Shown piece after piece: positions 30,601 through 39,975 of a stretch of DNA of 64,000 nucleotides. Positions within the stretch are counted from its first letter, which is position 1, and every line of letters begins with the position of its first letter. This DNA is from Vicinamibacteria bacterium. GTDB lineage: Bacteria > Acidobacteriota > Vicinamibacteria > Marinacidobacterales > Marinacidobacteraceae. Where the stretch lies: positions 768,001 to 832,000 of the forward strand of contig OZ219815.1 in the NCBI GenBank assembly GCA_964291235.2, read 5' to 3'. The notes under the pieces were generated by a model, which was not told the origin of the DNA, made no database searches, and saw only the letters and a list, made by a program, of their open reading frames with translations. The position numbers and the translations under genes are program-made.

Positions 30601-30714
30601 CGCCTGGGCGGCGAGATCCGGGGCGTGCAGGCAGACGAGGGCGAGCGCCAGGAACCACCCGGCCCCCGGCCGGAACCGTCCCGGTTTTCGTTTCTTCCCG
30701 CCCCGAAGACCCAC
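27640..30714 (-). CDS. Oar-like TonB-dependent receptor with carboxypeptidase-regulatory N-domain
   Basis: GRNFVDLTLLTPG, AEFGRSAGGFINVITKSGTN, QPRLGVAWD, C-terminal ISLRF. Confidence 0.92.
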   Translation of the reverse strand: MGLRGGKKRKPGRFRPGAGWFLALALVCLHAPDLAAQAGTTTGVIRGEVSDPLGNPVPAAIVLIQHRGTDLATTVETSPDGKFVRSLLPPGTYDLTVTAAGEFGAERIEGAILRVGEVLHFHLDLRIVATETVTVFGELPSPIETTDFTRSQRLTEEVVDAVPSNGRNFVDLTLLTPGASISQGPDGDELNINGQRGIFNNFIVDGADFNNPFFGEQRGGQRSAFTFNQDAIGELVIVNQGAPAEFGRSAGGFINVITKSGTNDLGGSGHYFGQWDEIAAEYSADRGGGKPDFGRNQFGATVGGPLARDRAFFFLAYDQQGASETKQTTRRVANPANLERLDAFLQSRWPGLFDGEFGPIRRTDDARSLLAKLDFNLSGRHQASLKYNYTWSEQVNGTFDVDSWGSSANGIEGDHSHAVNGSLRSLLTNALSNELRIQWAREDRPRWYDGPLLPGAEHPGQPQFDRLGGRPFPDIAMDFADGFRIGLPFFLPIDPGSDDRFQLVDNLSYATGAHLFKAGVEYNRTRVEQQFIGMANSRYIFDSVEGFVGFVTHGSGYVHCSDGSAGTAGACPEGAAITGPVLLYLQSATVPGIPAAELGLQQATMHEVGLFLQDTWHPGERVTLDLGLRWDGTWHPDVFVEPEDTFFAPYLDDPAFPSDGRIPNDLDNLQPRLGVAWDLAGDGRTVARAAAGSYVSRIPMLVFAQHRSTNGAFQQTLFRSSADTFLGPVPEIDRQLDASTTPPFLPDIQVADRNLELPRTWSFSLGLDRDLGRGMAASANFVYARTDQLFRFVNRNDAAFGAPFGIGTHPSGGGINALTVAESSARSRYRALTIGLRGWSSLGNRPLTFETHYTLAFDRSDDDNERDPFTFRYADASNLGPEFGWSDRDRRHQVSGYLLITLPGDLSWNNVFRYLSASPASEACARPGQRADQPSDRICADGSILTRNTLRRDNEFFTWDLRISRAFTLPNGATVEPILEVFNLTGSDNFLDSHTGSLLFNFDGSLRSGLGDTRRGQVGISLRF

Positions 30715-30791
30715 GGCGGAATTCTACGGCGCGGGCGGTATAGCCTGTCCACCGTGCAATCCGGCGGGGCAAGCGCCCGGGAGGCCTGCAG

Positions 30792-32426
30792 ATGAGACGC
30801 ATTCCATGGATTTCCGTAACGATCGCGACAACGATTCTGGCGGGTTGCGCGTCGCCCCCGAGCAGCGAACCGGCACCCCCCGACCTGCTCATCCGGGGCG
30901 CGCGGATCGTGGACGGCACCGGGGGCCCGTGGTTTGGGGGGAACCTCGCCGTCGCCGGCGACACGATCGTGAGCGTCGGGCCGCAAGAACCTGACGCCGC
31001 GAGGGTGATCGACGCCGAGGGACTGGTGTTGGCGCCCGGCTTCATCGACATGCACGCACACTCGGAGTACGGGCTGGTGGTGGATCCGCGCGCCCTCAGC
31101 AAGACCGCACAGGGAGTCACCACCGAGGTCCTCGGAGAGCATCTCTCGGCGGGGCCGGTGCTGGGCCCCGCGGTGGACGACCCGATGATGGTCGCTCCGC
31201 CCATCGAACGGGACTGGACCACACTCGGGGGATATCTCGACCGGCTCGAATTCGCCGGGGTGGGACCGAACGTCGTCTCCTACGTGGGCTCGGGGCAGGT
31301 GCGCGCCTCCGTGATCGGTTACGAAGAGCGCACGGCGACCGAAGAGGAACTCCAGGCGATGGAAGCCCTCGTCGCGCAGGCGATGGAGGAGGGAGCGTTC
31401 GCGCTGGCGAGCGGCATGGCCTACATCCCGAACGCCTTCGCGAGCACCGAGGAGCTGATCCGGCTGACCCGCGTGGCGGCCGGCTACGGCGGTACCTACG
31501 TGAGTCACCTGCGGGGCGGCCTGGAAGGGCTGGCGGAGGGGATCACCATCGCCAGGGAAGCGGGGACCGCACTCGATATCCACCACCTGAACTCCACCTC
31601 GGGAGCGCGCATCCCGGAATACGCGGCGATGATCGCCGAGGCCCGGGCCTCGGGGGTGGACGTGACCGGCAACGTCTATCCCTACATCGCGGGGTGGACC
31701 TACCTGCGCTCGCTGTTGCCGCGCTGGGCCCAGGAAGGGGGCGTGGACCGGATGCTCGGGCGCCTCACCGATCCGGCCGAACGGGAACGGCTCATCGCCG
31801 AACTCAGGGAATCGGAGGCCGCGCGGCCGCGGTGGGCGCGCACGTTCGTGAGTTCGTTCCGCGACGAGGTGGACGGGCTCTCGATTCTGGACCTCGGCGA
31901 AGCACGCGGGACATCGCCCGAAGAGGGGCTTCTCGATCTCCTGATCGAACAGGAGGGCGAGGGGTTCCAGATTTCCTTCGGGAACGAAGAGCCGAACCTC
32001 GTCCAGGCGCTCGCGCTGCCCTTCACCCACATCGGCTCGGACGGAAGCGCCCTGGCGGCGGGAATGCGGACCCCGATGGGCAAGCCGCACCCCCGCTCGT
32101 TCGGCACCTACCCCCGGGTGCTCGCCAAGTACGTGCGCGAGGAGGGACTCCTGACACTCGAGGAGGCCATCCGGAAGATGTCCTCCGCGCCGGCGAACCG
32201 CCTCGGCCTCTCGGACCGCGGCGTGCTGCGCCCCGGAATGCGCGCCGACATGGTGCTCTTCGACCCGGACACGGTGCAGGACGAGGCCACTTTCGAGGAG
32301 CCCGAGCGCTACCCGACCGGCATCCCCTGGGTCTTCGTCAACGGCGTCGCGATCATCGCCGAGGGGGAGCCGACGGGCGAGCTGCCGGGCCGGGTGCTCC
32401 GGGGACCGGGGTACGTCGGACGGTGA
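30792..32426 (+). CDS. N-acyl-D-amino-acid deacylase (D-aminoacylase), lipoprotein
   Basis: Lipobox LAGC; PGFIDMHAHS, SHLR, GSDG, PHPRSFGTYPRVL. Confidence 0.92.
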   Translation: MRRIPWISVTIATTILAGCASPPSSEPAPPDLLIRGARIVDGTGGPWFGGNLAVAGDTIVSVGPQEPDAARVIDAEGLVLAPGFIDMHAHSEYGLVVDPRALSKTAQGVTTEVLGEHLSAGPVLGPAVDDPMMVAPPIERDWTTLGGYLDRLEFAGVGPNVVSYVGSGQVRASVIGYEERTATEEELQAMEALVAQAMEEGAFALASGMAYIPNAFASTEELIRLTRVAAGYGGTYVSHLRGGLEGLAEGITIAREAGTALDIHHLNSTSGARIPEYAAMIAEARASGVDVTGNVYPYIAGWTYLRSLLPRWAQEGGVDRMLGRLTDPAERERLIAELRESEAARPRWARTFVSSFRDEVDGLSILDLGEARGTSPEEGLLDLLIEQEGEGFQISFGNEEPNLVQALALPFTHIGSDGSALAAGMRTPMGKPHPRSFGTYPRVLAKYVREEGLLTLEEAIRKMSSAPANRLGLSDRGVLRPGMRADMVLFDPDTVQDEATFEEPERYPTGIPWVFVNGVAIIAEGEPTGELPGRVLRGPGYVGR

Positions 32427-32563
32427 GAGGGACCGGATAGGGCGACCGGCACCCTGGCCCGGCAGGGCCGCGAAACACGAGAATCCAGGATGGCGATGCG
32501 GGCTATGGCACGATTCATGGAAATGGTAGATCGAAGATTCATGGTAGAGTCCTTTTTCCTGGC

Positions 32564-32845
32564 ATGTCAGATCCGCCTGGCCGATATCTCACCGCGCGGG
32601 CAGTCGTGGACTCCGCCGGACGGCTGGTCATCCCGGCCGCCATCCGAAACGCCCTCGGATTTCGTGACCGCCAGGAAGTGATCCTGGCCCTCGAGGGCAC
32701 GGCGGTCCGGATGACAACCGCCGAGGCGGCGTTGCAGTCCGCCGTGGCGGAAGCGCAGGCCCTTGCTCGCCAGCGTGGCAGTGGCAAAGGGGGGGAAGTG
32801 GATGCCTTCATCGCTACCCGCCGGGACGACGCGGCGAAGGAGTGA
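32564..32845 (+). CDS. vapB: AbrB/MazE/SpoVT-type antitoxin
   Basis: VDSAGRLVIPAAIRNALG motif; 1 nt upstream of a PIN toxin. Confidence 0.85.
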   Translation: MSDPPGRYLTARAVVDSAGRLVIPAAIRNALGFRDRQEVILALEGTAVRMTTAEAALQSAVAEAQALARQRGSGKGGEVDAFIATRRDDAAKE

Positions 32846-32846
32846 G

Positions 32847-33236
32847 GTGGCGCAATCTCTGTTGGACGCCTCCGCAGTCCTGGCGCTGATCCACGGTGAA
32901 CCCGGGGCTGACGAGGTGGTCGCCGCCCTTCGGCACGGCGCGGCGATGTCCGCGGTCAATCTGGAGGAAGTCTCCGCGCACCTGGCCATTCGGGGCTGGA
33001 ACGCGGAGGAAGTGGCTACAACCATCGACAGCCTTCACATCGAGGTGGCGCCCTTCGATTCCGAGACGGCTCTTCGCAGCGGAACCCTTCGTCCGGCCAC
33101 GGCGTTCCTGGGACTCGGGCTCGGAGATCGCGCTTGCCTCGCCACTGCGGCGATCCGCGGCGTTCCGGCATTGACGGCCGACCGCGCGTGGCTCAAGCTC
33201 CGCCTCCCGGAACTTGAGGTTCGCTCCGTCCGTTGA
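32847..33236 (+). CDS. vapC: PIN-domain VapC toxin
   Basis: LLDASAVLA...EPG, SAVNLEE, LGLGDRACLA, LTADRAW. Confidence 0.92.
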   Translation: MAQSLLDASAVLALIHGEPGADEVVAALRHGAAMSAVNLEEVSAHLAIRGWNAEEVATTIDSLHIEVAPFDSETALRSGTLRPATAFLGLGLGDRACLATAAIRGVPALTADRAWLKLRLPELEVRSVR

Positions 33237-33258
33237 TCGTAGGGTGCTTCGGACCCTG

Positions 33259-33512
33259 TCAAACGACCGGGCGGTTCGGTCCCGAAGGGCTTTTCGGAAG
33301 TTGCTCCGGATAAAACTGGCTATACCACTTGCGCATCTGGCTCAGGGGTCCGTCAGCCGCGGCCCAGAAGGGGCGCTGCCGGTAGATCTTGTGCTTCCAG
33401 ATCTCCGCACGCCGCCGGGCTTGATTTCCCGAGACGCCGCCACCCGGTACCAGCCGTCCGGAAATGGCGGTGGATAGGTGAGGGCCCGGAAGCGTGTCAG
33501 TTCGCTGGACAT
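33259..33512 (-). pseudogene. Collapsed relic of a KshA/Neverland-type Rieske oxygenase (only N- and C-termini remain)
   Basis: N-terminus PPPFPDGWYRVAASREIKPGGV is joined out of frame near 33405 to EIWKHKIYRQRPFWAAADGPLSQMRKWYSQFY...*. Confidence 0.8.
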
Positions 33513-33682
33513 GCAGCCTTTGGCACTCTCAGCGATCCAGTGAACCGGCCCCGTGTTTGCAGGCCCGGGACACCGTAGCGATGGGGGCGCGCGCGCCGCG
33601 CGGCGGACGGAAGCGCCGGTCGCGGAAACACCCCATTGACAGGGGGCCGCGCCTAGCGCAATCTCCGCGCGCCGGAATCTCG

Positions 33683-34969
33683 ATGACCGCCCTCCGCCCT
33701 GCCCACGCCGCGTTCCTGGCCGCCAGCCTCCTGCTCGGCCTCGCTCACGCCGCACTCGCCCAGAACGGGAACGGGCGGCCGAACGTCTTCTTCGACTGTT
33801 CCGGGCCCCGGTGCGATTCGCGCTACTACCGCACCGAGATCACCTGGGTGAACTGGGTCAACGACAAGGAGGACGCCAACGTCCACCTCATCATGACCAG
33901 CCAGACGACCGGCGCCGGCGGACGGGAATACCTCTTCCATTTCATCGGCACCGACGAAGAAACGGGCTACGACGACGAGCACGGCTACCGGTCGCTGCCG
34001 ACCGACACCGACCGAGAGACGCTGGACGGGATCGTCCACACCATGGGGCTCGGGTTCGCCATGTTCGCGGACGAGGCCGGATACCGCGGGCTGGTCGTCA
34101 TGAGTCCGATAGACCGGGAGGAAGCGGCGGTGGCTCGAGGGGTTGTCGCCCGGGACGAGGTGGAGGATCCCTGGAACCTCTGGGTGTTCCGCGTCGACGG
34201 GGAGGTGGGAATCGACGGCGAGACCAGCGAGCGCCGCACCAGCCTGGAGGGGGGGTTCTCGGCTTCGCGGGTGACCCCCGACTGGCGGGTCCGGTTCTCG
34301 GGGGACATCGAGAACGACCGTCTCTCGATCGAGCTTTCCGACGGGACCTTCGAGGACACCCGGACCAACTGGAGCTTTGACACCCAGGTGGTGTACGCCC
34401 TCCTCGACCACTGGTCCGTCGGAATGGACACCAACACCAGCCGCAACCTGACCTACAACCAGGACCTGCGCGTCGAGCTGTCACCCGCCCTGGAGTACAG
34501 CGTCTTCCCCTACGACGAAGCGACCCGCCGCAGCTTCACCTTCTACTACACGATCGGGCCGGCGTATCGCGATTACGCGGAGAGCACGATCTACGGCGAG
34601 ACCGAGGAGACGCGCTGGGAACAGGCGATGAACGTCCGCTTCGGCCAGCGCCAGCCGTGGGGCAACGCCTCGATCAACCTGCGAGGTTCGCACTTCCTGC
34701 ACGACTTCGGCCAGCGCCTGGTGTCCCTCGGAGGCCGCCTCTCCTTCCGGGTCTTCCGCGGTCTCGAACTCGAGTTCTCCGGCAACGTCTCGCAGGTCAA
34801 CGACCAGATCTACCTCGCCGCCGAAGAGGCCACCGATGAGGAGGCCCTGCTGCAGCTCCAGCAGCGGGCGACCGATTTCGACTACCGGATGGAGGTGGGG
34901 TTCCAGTTCCGGTTTGGGTCCATCTTCAACAACGTGGTGAACAACCGGTTCCGGCGCCGCCGGTTCTGA
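33683..34969 (+). CDS. Putative outer-membrane beta-barrel protein
   Basis: Signal peptide; VFFDC...C; DPWNLWVF; alternating strands; FGSIFNNVVNNRF C-terminus. Confidence 0.72.
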   Translation: MTALRPAHAAFLAASLLLGLAHAALAQNGNGRPNVFFDCSGPRCDSRYYRTEITWVNWVNDKEDANVHLIMTSQTTGAGGREYLFHFIGTDEETGYDDEHGYRSLPTDTDRETLDGIVHTMGLGFAMFADEAGYRGLVVMSPIDREEAAVARGVVARDEVEDPWNLWVFRVDGEVGIDGETSERRTSLEGGFSASRVTPDWRVRFSGDIENDRLSIELSDGTFEDTRTNWSFDTQVVYALLDHWSVGMDTNTSRNLTYNQDLRVELSPALEYSVFPYDEATRRSFTFYYTIGPAYRDYAESTIYGETEETRWEQAMNVRFGQRQPWGNASINLRGSHFLHDFGQRLVSLGGRLSFRVFRGLELEFSGNVSQVNDQIYLAAEEATDEEALLQLQQRATDFDYRMEVGFQFRFGSIFNNVVNNRFRRRRF

Positions 34970-34992
34970 GGACCAGGCCTGCCGCCCGCCCG

Positions 34993-37900
34993 TCAGTAGG
35001 CGCGGCGGAAACGAAAGTCCACCCCGAGCGATCCGTCCTCGTCCCGCGAGAGGATCCAGGTGACGCGACCGCGCACGTACTCGACCACGACGATGGCCTC
35101 GTCGGCGTCTGAGAGGCTCGACGAGTAGCGGACGTTGACCTCCGGGGTGAGCTGCTTGCTGAGGGTCACCCGCGCCGTCGGGTTGCTGAAACGACCGATC
35201 ATGAAGGGATCGACGGTGACCCGATCGATTCCGAATACCCGGCCCGCCCGGTTGCCAATCATGCTGCTGAACTGCTGGCTCAGCAGGTTGGTGGCGGAAA
35301 CGGCCGCGACCGGGTCGTCCGTCGGGGCCCTCAGCAGATTCTGCTCGGGGACGCCGGACAGCAACTGAAGGATGTCCGTCTGCCGCAGGGGAGGTTCGGA
35401 ACTCAGGCTCGCGTCGATTTCATCGACGGTTCCCGAAGCGGTCAGGCGCACTCGATAGTTCCGGATGTTCGCTTCCGCGGCGACGTCGAACAGTGGCTCG
35501 ATGCTCGTGGGATCGATGAACTCGGCGCGCCCGGAGACGATTTCGAAGCGGTGGGCGCCCACGTACAGCTCGCCCTCGACCAGGTCGGCGCGCCCCACCA
35601 TCGCGGGCGACCCGGCGGAGCCCTGAAGCCCGAGAGCGGCATCGGCGGCCAGGTTGAAGATCGAGTTGCGGACCGCGAAAGGAGAGTCGGTCTCGACCCG
35701 CACATCCAGCAACACATCGTCCACAAACCCGCCCGCATCCGTGCCTTCGGGAACGGCGATGTCGTCGGCTTCGGCGAACAGGGTGGTGGACAGTTCGTAC
35801 TCACGACTCCAGACCGCGTCGTCCACCCGGACCTCCCCGGAGAGCATGCGTCCGCCCTGATCACCCAGGATCCTCAGATCGGCATTCACGGTGGCGCTGA
35901 AGTCGGCTGGATAACGGATCCGGGCGTCCGTCAATTGAACCCGCACGTCGCTGGCTCCGACTTCCGCCGCGTCGATCAGGACCGAACCCGAGACGGCAAT
36001 GTCACCCGACGCGAGGCGGCCCTTCACCTCGTCCAACGTCAGGGTCCGCCGGTCGAAGCTCACCGAGCCACCCAGCTCACTCACGCCGTGCGGAAATCCG
36101 TCCACGCGGAAGGAAGCGTCCCGGATCGTCCCCGTGCCGAACATCTCGGGGTCGGTGGTGGGACCGGCGATCGTGATCTCCAGTTCCAGCTCGCCGTCCG
36201 CGGTTAGCCCGGACACGAACGGCTCGGCCGCTCGCAACGCACTGCGCCCGAGCAGGGTCAGGTCGAGACGCTCCTCGTCGAGATCGATGGAACCCCCTAT
36301 CTCGAGCGCACCCTCGGCGTGGGCAAGACGGAATCCGTCTACCCGGACGGCGCCGTCCTCCATCAGGATGCGGGTCGGACCGGCGGATTCGGCGACGAGG
36401 TCCGGCGCGGAGACCTTGAGACGGTCAAGGGTTGCAGTTCCCGTCATCCACTCGTCGAGGGGGTCTTCGACGCGAAAATCGCCGGTCCCGCTTGCCAGGA
36501 TCGAGATCCCGCGCTCCTCGGCCGCATCCACGAGCAGCGACGCGACGTCGAAGTCCCGGAAGGCGGCTGCCACCGCCATCTCGGCCGCCAGCGTCCCGGC
36601 AATGCGGAAGGACGCAGCTCCGGAGTCGAGGCCGCCGCTCGCTTCGAAGCGCTCGCCGACGATCGATGCCTCGATTGCCCCCGGACCGACGGGAGCGTCG
36701 AGCACCGCGACGCTGGGAATCGTCCCTGCCAGGTGGAGTTCCGGAACCAGCAGATCCCCCGCGACATCCACCCGCAGGTCCGAGCGCATCGCAATCCAGT
36801 CGAGTTCCAGTCCGGGCGCCAGGGGATAGTCCACGCCGGTCAGGGAGCCTTCCATCGTTCCGTCCACCAGGTCGATGGCAAGGGTTCCCTCGGCGCGCCC
36901 ACCGCGGAAGATCGCCGTCATCGGTTCCAGGCGGACGGACTCGCCGTCCAGATCCCACGCAATGGACAGTTCGTCGAACGGCTGTTCCAGGAAGGTTCCG
37001 GCGGCACCCGTCAGGGCGCCGCCGCCGTAGTAGCGCTCGTCGCGCCGCACCGTGTTGCTCCGCCCGCCGACGAGGCCTTCCGCCTCAAGGTCCCATTCGA
37101 GGAAATCGATGATCTCCCGAATGTCCCACCCGTCCCACTCGGCGTCGAACTCCAGGTCGGCAAACTCGCCGGGCCCGCGATCGAAGACCCCGGAGGCGGA
37201 GATGGTTCCCTCCCCGGCGCGGGCGTTCAGGCTCTCCAGCCGGATGGCGGCGGGAGCGATCTCGGCGGCCGCGACGAGGGTCTCGGTGTGGAACGTGGAG
37301 AAACGCAAACCCTGCCCCTCGACGGTTCCGGCGATGACCAGCTCAGGCCAGGGACCCCGCACGGTTCCCTCGAACCGGCAGGCGCCGGACACATCCCAGG
37401 CGATCGTCTCCGGGTCCTCTCCGAAAGCCACGCGCCAGATTTCCTGCTGCAGAGCGTCCACCTCCGCCGCGTCTCCCGCGAAGCCGGCGACCACCAGTTC
37501 GGCGTTCCCGGTTCGCAGGTAACGGCCCTCGAGCGTGGTCCCGAAACCGGTGCCTTCGGCCGCGAATTGCCGGATGCTGACGGCCTCCCCGTCGATCGCC
37601 AGACCCGCCTCGAACCCGAGAGGCAACTCTCCGGCTTCGGCTTCCGGCTTTTCTCCGCTGGCCTCCACCGTCCCCGTCAGCAGCAGGGGATTCGCCATCG
37701 GCACCCGGAGGTCGGCAGCCAGGGACATCCGGGAGCGAAGTGAGGTCGGCTTCCCGAAGACTCCCTCAAGGGCGCGGGACATGGAGGCATCGCTGACGGT
37801 CAGCACGATCTCCGCCGGGTTTTGTTCGGCCGGCTGGACCTGAAGCACCTGCAGCGTGGCGGTTCCCCCGGAGACGAACCCCTGGGAGGAGACTTCGAGT

Positions 37901-38886
37901 CGCTCCGGGTCCCAGTGGACGACCGTCCGCCAGTCCCGGAGCGGGACTCCGTGGAGGCGGGCGCCCGAGAGCGCGAACTCGCCGTCGAGCGCGAACCGGT
38001 TCTCTCCGAATCCCAGGGCGCCGTCGAAGCGCGCCTCCGGATCCCCGCGGGTGTCGAGCTCCTCGAAGCCGAGCAGGAAACGGCCGAGCCCGCCGGCATT
38101 CCCGCTGAGGCCGACCCGCAGGTCGCCGTCCGGTTCTCCGTCGAGGTCCAGCGACCCTTCCAGATCCACCGTCAGCAGATCGGATTGAACGTTGAACCGA
38201 TCGAGATGAAACCGGTTCCCGCGGATCCGGAACTCCGCGTTCAGGGCCAGAGGAAGCTCCGGCTGTTCCCGGAGACGGAATGCTCCCGCCGCGGACCGGA
38301 TCTCCCCATCAACCTCAGCCGCGTCCGCCACCCGGAACTCGACGGCCACGTCATCCACCCGCACTTCCCACGGCGTGGGCAGACTCCGATACCCGATGGT
38401 CCTGCCCGTCACCGAAATGCGGTCCGAAGAAAACGAGAGGCGGCTCGCCAGCGCTTCGAACCCCGATCCGGAAGCGGCAGGATCGGAGGGCGGCGGACTC
38501 CCGTCGTCGAATCCCCAGGAACTGAGCCCCTCGATCGCCAGGCTCTCGAAATGAAAACGTCCCCCGAGCAGGGACCACAGGCCCAGGTTCCCCCTGATCT
38601 CTTCGATCGAAAGGGCCGGGGGCGCCGGACCCGTGTCCAGCGGCTCTCCTCCCACCTGGAAGCCGCGAACGACGAACGCACCCTCCGGAAGCGAGATCCG
38701 GAAGCCGCCGGCCGCGACGGGACGATCGAGCGCCGCGGAGAGCCGGCCCGTCACGAAGCCCAGCAGCCGGTCCTCATCAACCAGGCTCACCACGACCGCG
38801 GCGGTTGCGAGCAGGAGCACCAGGCCGACGGCCAGGAGCGCGGCGACGCGGCGAAGTCTGCGCGCGGAGGCGACCTCGGCGCTCAT
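34993..38886 (-). CDS. tamB: Translocation and assembly module TamB (AsmA-like, DUF490)
   Basis: N-terminal TM anchor; long beta-taco repeats; LSSEPPLRQTDILQLL and C-terminal GVDFRFRRAY. Confidence 0.85.
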   Translation of the reverse strand: MSAEVASARRLRRVAALLAVGLVLLLATAAVVVSLVDEDRLLGFVTGRLSAALDRPVAAGGFRISLPEGAFVVRGFQVGGEPLDTGPAPPALSIEEIRGNLGLWSLLGGRFHFESLAIEGLSSWGFDDGSPPPSDPAASGSGFEALASRLSFSSDRISVTGRTIGYRSLPTPWEVRVDDVAVEFRVADAAEVDGEIRSAAGAFRLREQPELPLALNAEFRIRGNRFHLDRFNVQSDLLTVDLEGSLDLDGEPDGDLRVGLSGNAGGLGRFLLGFEELDTRGDPEARFDGALGFGENRFALDGEFALSGARLHGVPLRDWRTVVHWDPERLEVSSQGFVSGGTATLQVLQVQPAEQNPAEIVLTVSDASMSRALEGVFGKPTSLRSRMSLAADLRVPMANPLLLTGTVEASGEKPEAEAGELPLGFEAGLAIDGEAVSIRQFAAEGTGFGTTLEGRYLRTGNAELVVAGFAGDAAEVDALQQEIWRVAFGEDPETIAWDVSGACRFEGTVRGPWPELVIAGTVEGQGLRFSTFHTETLVAAAEIAPAAIRLESLNARAGEGTISASGVFDRGPGEFADLEFDAEWDGWDIREIIDFLEWDLEAEGLVGGRSNTVRRDERYYGGGALTGAAGTFLEQPFDELSIAWDLDGESVRLEPMTAIFRGGRAEGTLAIDLVDGTMEGSLTGVDYPLAPGLELDWIAMRSDLRVDVAGDLLVPELHLAGTIPSVAVLDAPVGPGAIEASIVGERFEASGGLDSGAASFRIAGTLAAEMAVAAAFRDFDVASLLVDAAEERGISILASGTGDFRVEDPLDEWMTGTATLDRLKVSAPDLVAESAGPTRILMEDGAVRVDGFRLAHAEGALEIGGSIDLDEERLDLTLLGRSALRAAEPFVSGLTADGELELEITIAGPTTDPEMFGTGTIRDASFRVDGFPHGVSELGGSVSFDRRTLTLDEVKGRLASGDIAVSGSVLIDAAEVGASDVRVQLTDARIRYPADFSATVNADLRILGDQGGRMLSGEVRVDDAVWSREYELSTTLFAEADDIAVPEGTDAGGFVDDVLLDVRVETDSPFAVRNSIFNLAADAALGLQGSAGSPAMVGRADLVEGELYVGAHRFEIVSGRAEFIDPTSIEPLFDVAAEANIRNYRVRLTASGTVDEIDASLSSEPPLRQTDILQLLSGVPEQNLLRAPTDDPVAAVSATNLLSQQFSSMIGNRAGRVFGIDRVTVDPFMIGRFSNPTARVTLSKQLTPEVNVRYSSSLSDADEAIVVVEYVRGRVTWILSRDEDGSLGVDFRFRRAY

Positions 38887-38903
38887 TGCACCCTCACCGC
38901 GCG

Positions 38904-39962
38904 TCACCTGGGCTCCGGGCAAACGTCGCCGTGGAACTCCTCGTCGGTGAGGTCGCCGCGCGCGAAGCTGCCGCCGTCGCGGGTCTTTCCATCGGCGTCG
39001 ATGGCGCAGTAGGTGAGGCGATCCCGGGTCGCGTGCAGGTACACGAAGTGATTGAAGGCGCCGCGGTCCTCGCGCCGGACCACGCGTTCATCGTCCCGGG
39101 CGGAGTCCGGCTTCTTTCCCCCGGCGCCGCTCACGAAGTACCGGATGCCGCGCTGCGGCCTGAGTCGCGCGTAGAGGTGCTGATGGCCCTGGAAGACGGC
39201 GTCCACGCCGTGTTCCAGGAAGATCGGTTCGAGTTCGGCCCGCAGCACGGCATCGTCACCCCGGCAGATGAATCCGAGCCACTGGCATCGCCTCGGCGTG
39301 TACATCGTCCCGTGCATGGCCACCACCTTCCAGCGGGCTCGGGAGCCTCGCAAGGCTTCGGCCAGCCAACGGAGTTGAGGATCGTCCGTGCCGTCCTCGA
39401 TCATCGTGTCGTCCTTTCCCAGCGTGTTCGAGTCGAGCACGAAGACCTCGACGAGCGGGGTCGGTGATGACTGCGGACGGCCGCCCGAAATTTCGATCGA
39501 GTAGTAGCGGAAGCCGTCCCGGTAGCCGAACTCGGGCGTCGCCAGGTGAGCCTCCACTTCGCAGTCGCGCGACAGCGCGTATGCGTGTTCATCGCGGGGA
39601 ATCGGTCTCACGCCCGATTCCCGGCATCGCTCCACGTCGTGGTTGCCAAGCGCGGCATGGATTCGCACGCCCAGCGACAGGACGCCCCGGAAGACCTCAA
39701 GGAATCTGCTCGCGATAAGGCGCGCCTCGCCATGCTCATAGACGTTGTCCCCGAGCAAGAAGACGTGAGACACGGGGAGCTGCTCGGCCGTGTGCCGGAT
39801 CCGGGCCGCCACCTTCCGGGCGCGCTCGTCGCCCGTGCCGGTATCCCCGACGAGGATCAAATGCGCCGCGGGCGCCGAACCCTGGTGCTGCGCAGCGGAC
39901 GGCGCGGCGCCGCGGGCGCCGGCCACCAGGAGGCACACCAGGATGGTCCGGAAGATCCCCAT
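38904..39962 (-). CDS. Exported calcineurin-like metallophosphoesterase (purple acid phosphatase-like)
   Basis: GDTG, GDNVY, GNHD, GHQHLY motifs; signal peptide. Confidence 0.92.
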   Translation of the reverse strand: MGIFRTILVCLLVAGARGAAPSAAQHQGSAPAAHLILVGDTGTGDERARKVAARIRHTAEQLPVSHVFLLGDNVYEHGEARLIASRFLEVFRGVLSLGVRIHAALGNHDVERCRESGVRPIPRDEHAYALSRDCEVEAHLATPEFGYRDGFRYYSIEISGGRPQSSPTPLVEVFVLDSNTLGKDDTMIEDGTDDPQLRWLAEALRGSRARWKVVAMHGTMYTPRRCQWLGFICRGDDAVLRAELEPIFLEHGVDAVFQGHQHLYARLRPQRGIRYFVSGAGGKKPDSARDDERVVRREDRGAFNHFVYLHATRDRLTYCAIDADGKTRDGGSFARGDLTDEEFHGDVCPEPR

Positions 39963-39975
39963 GGCTCCGGGGCCG

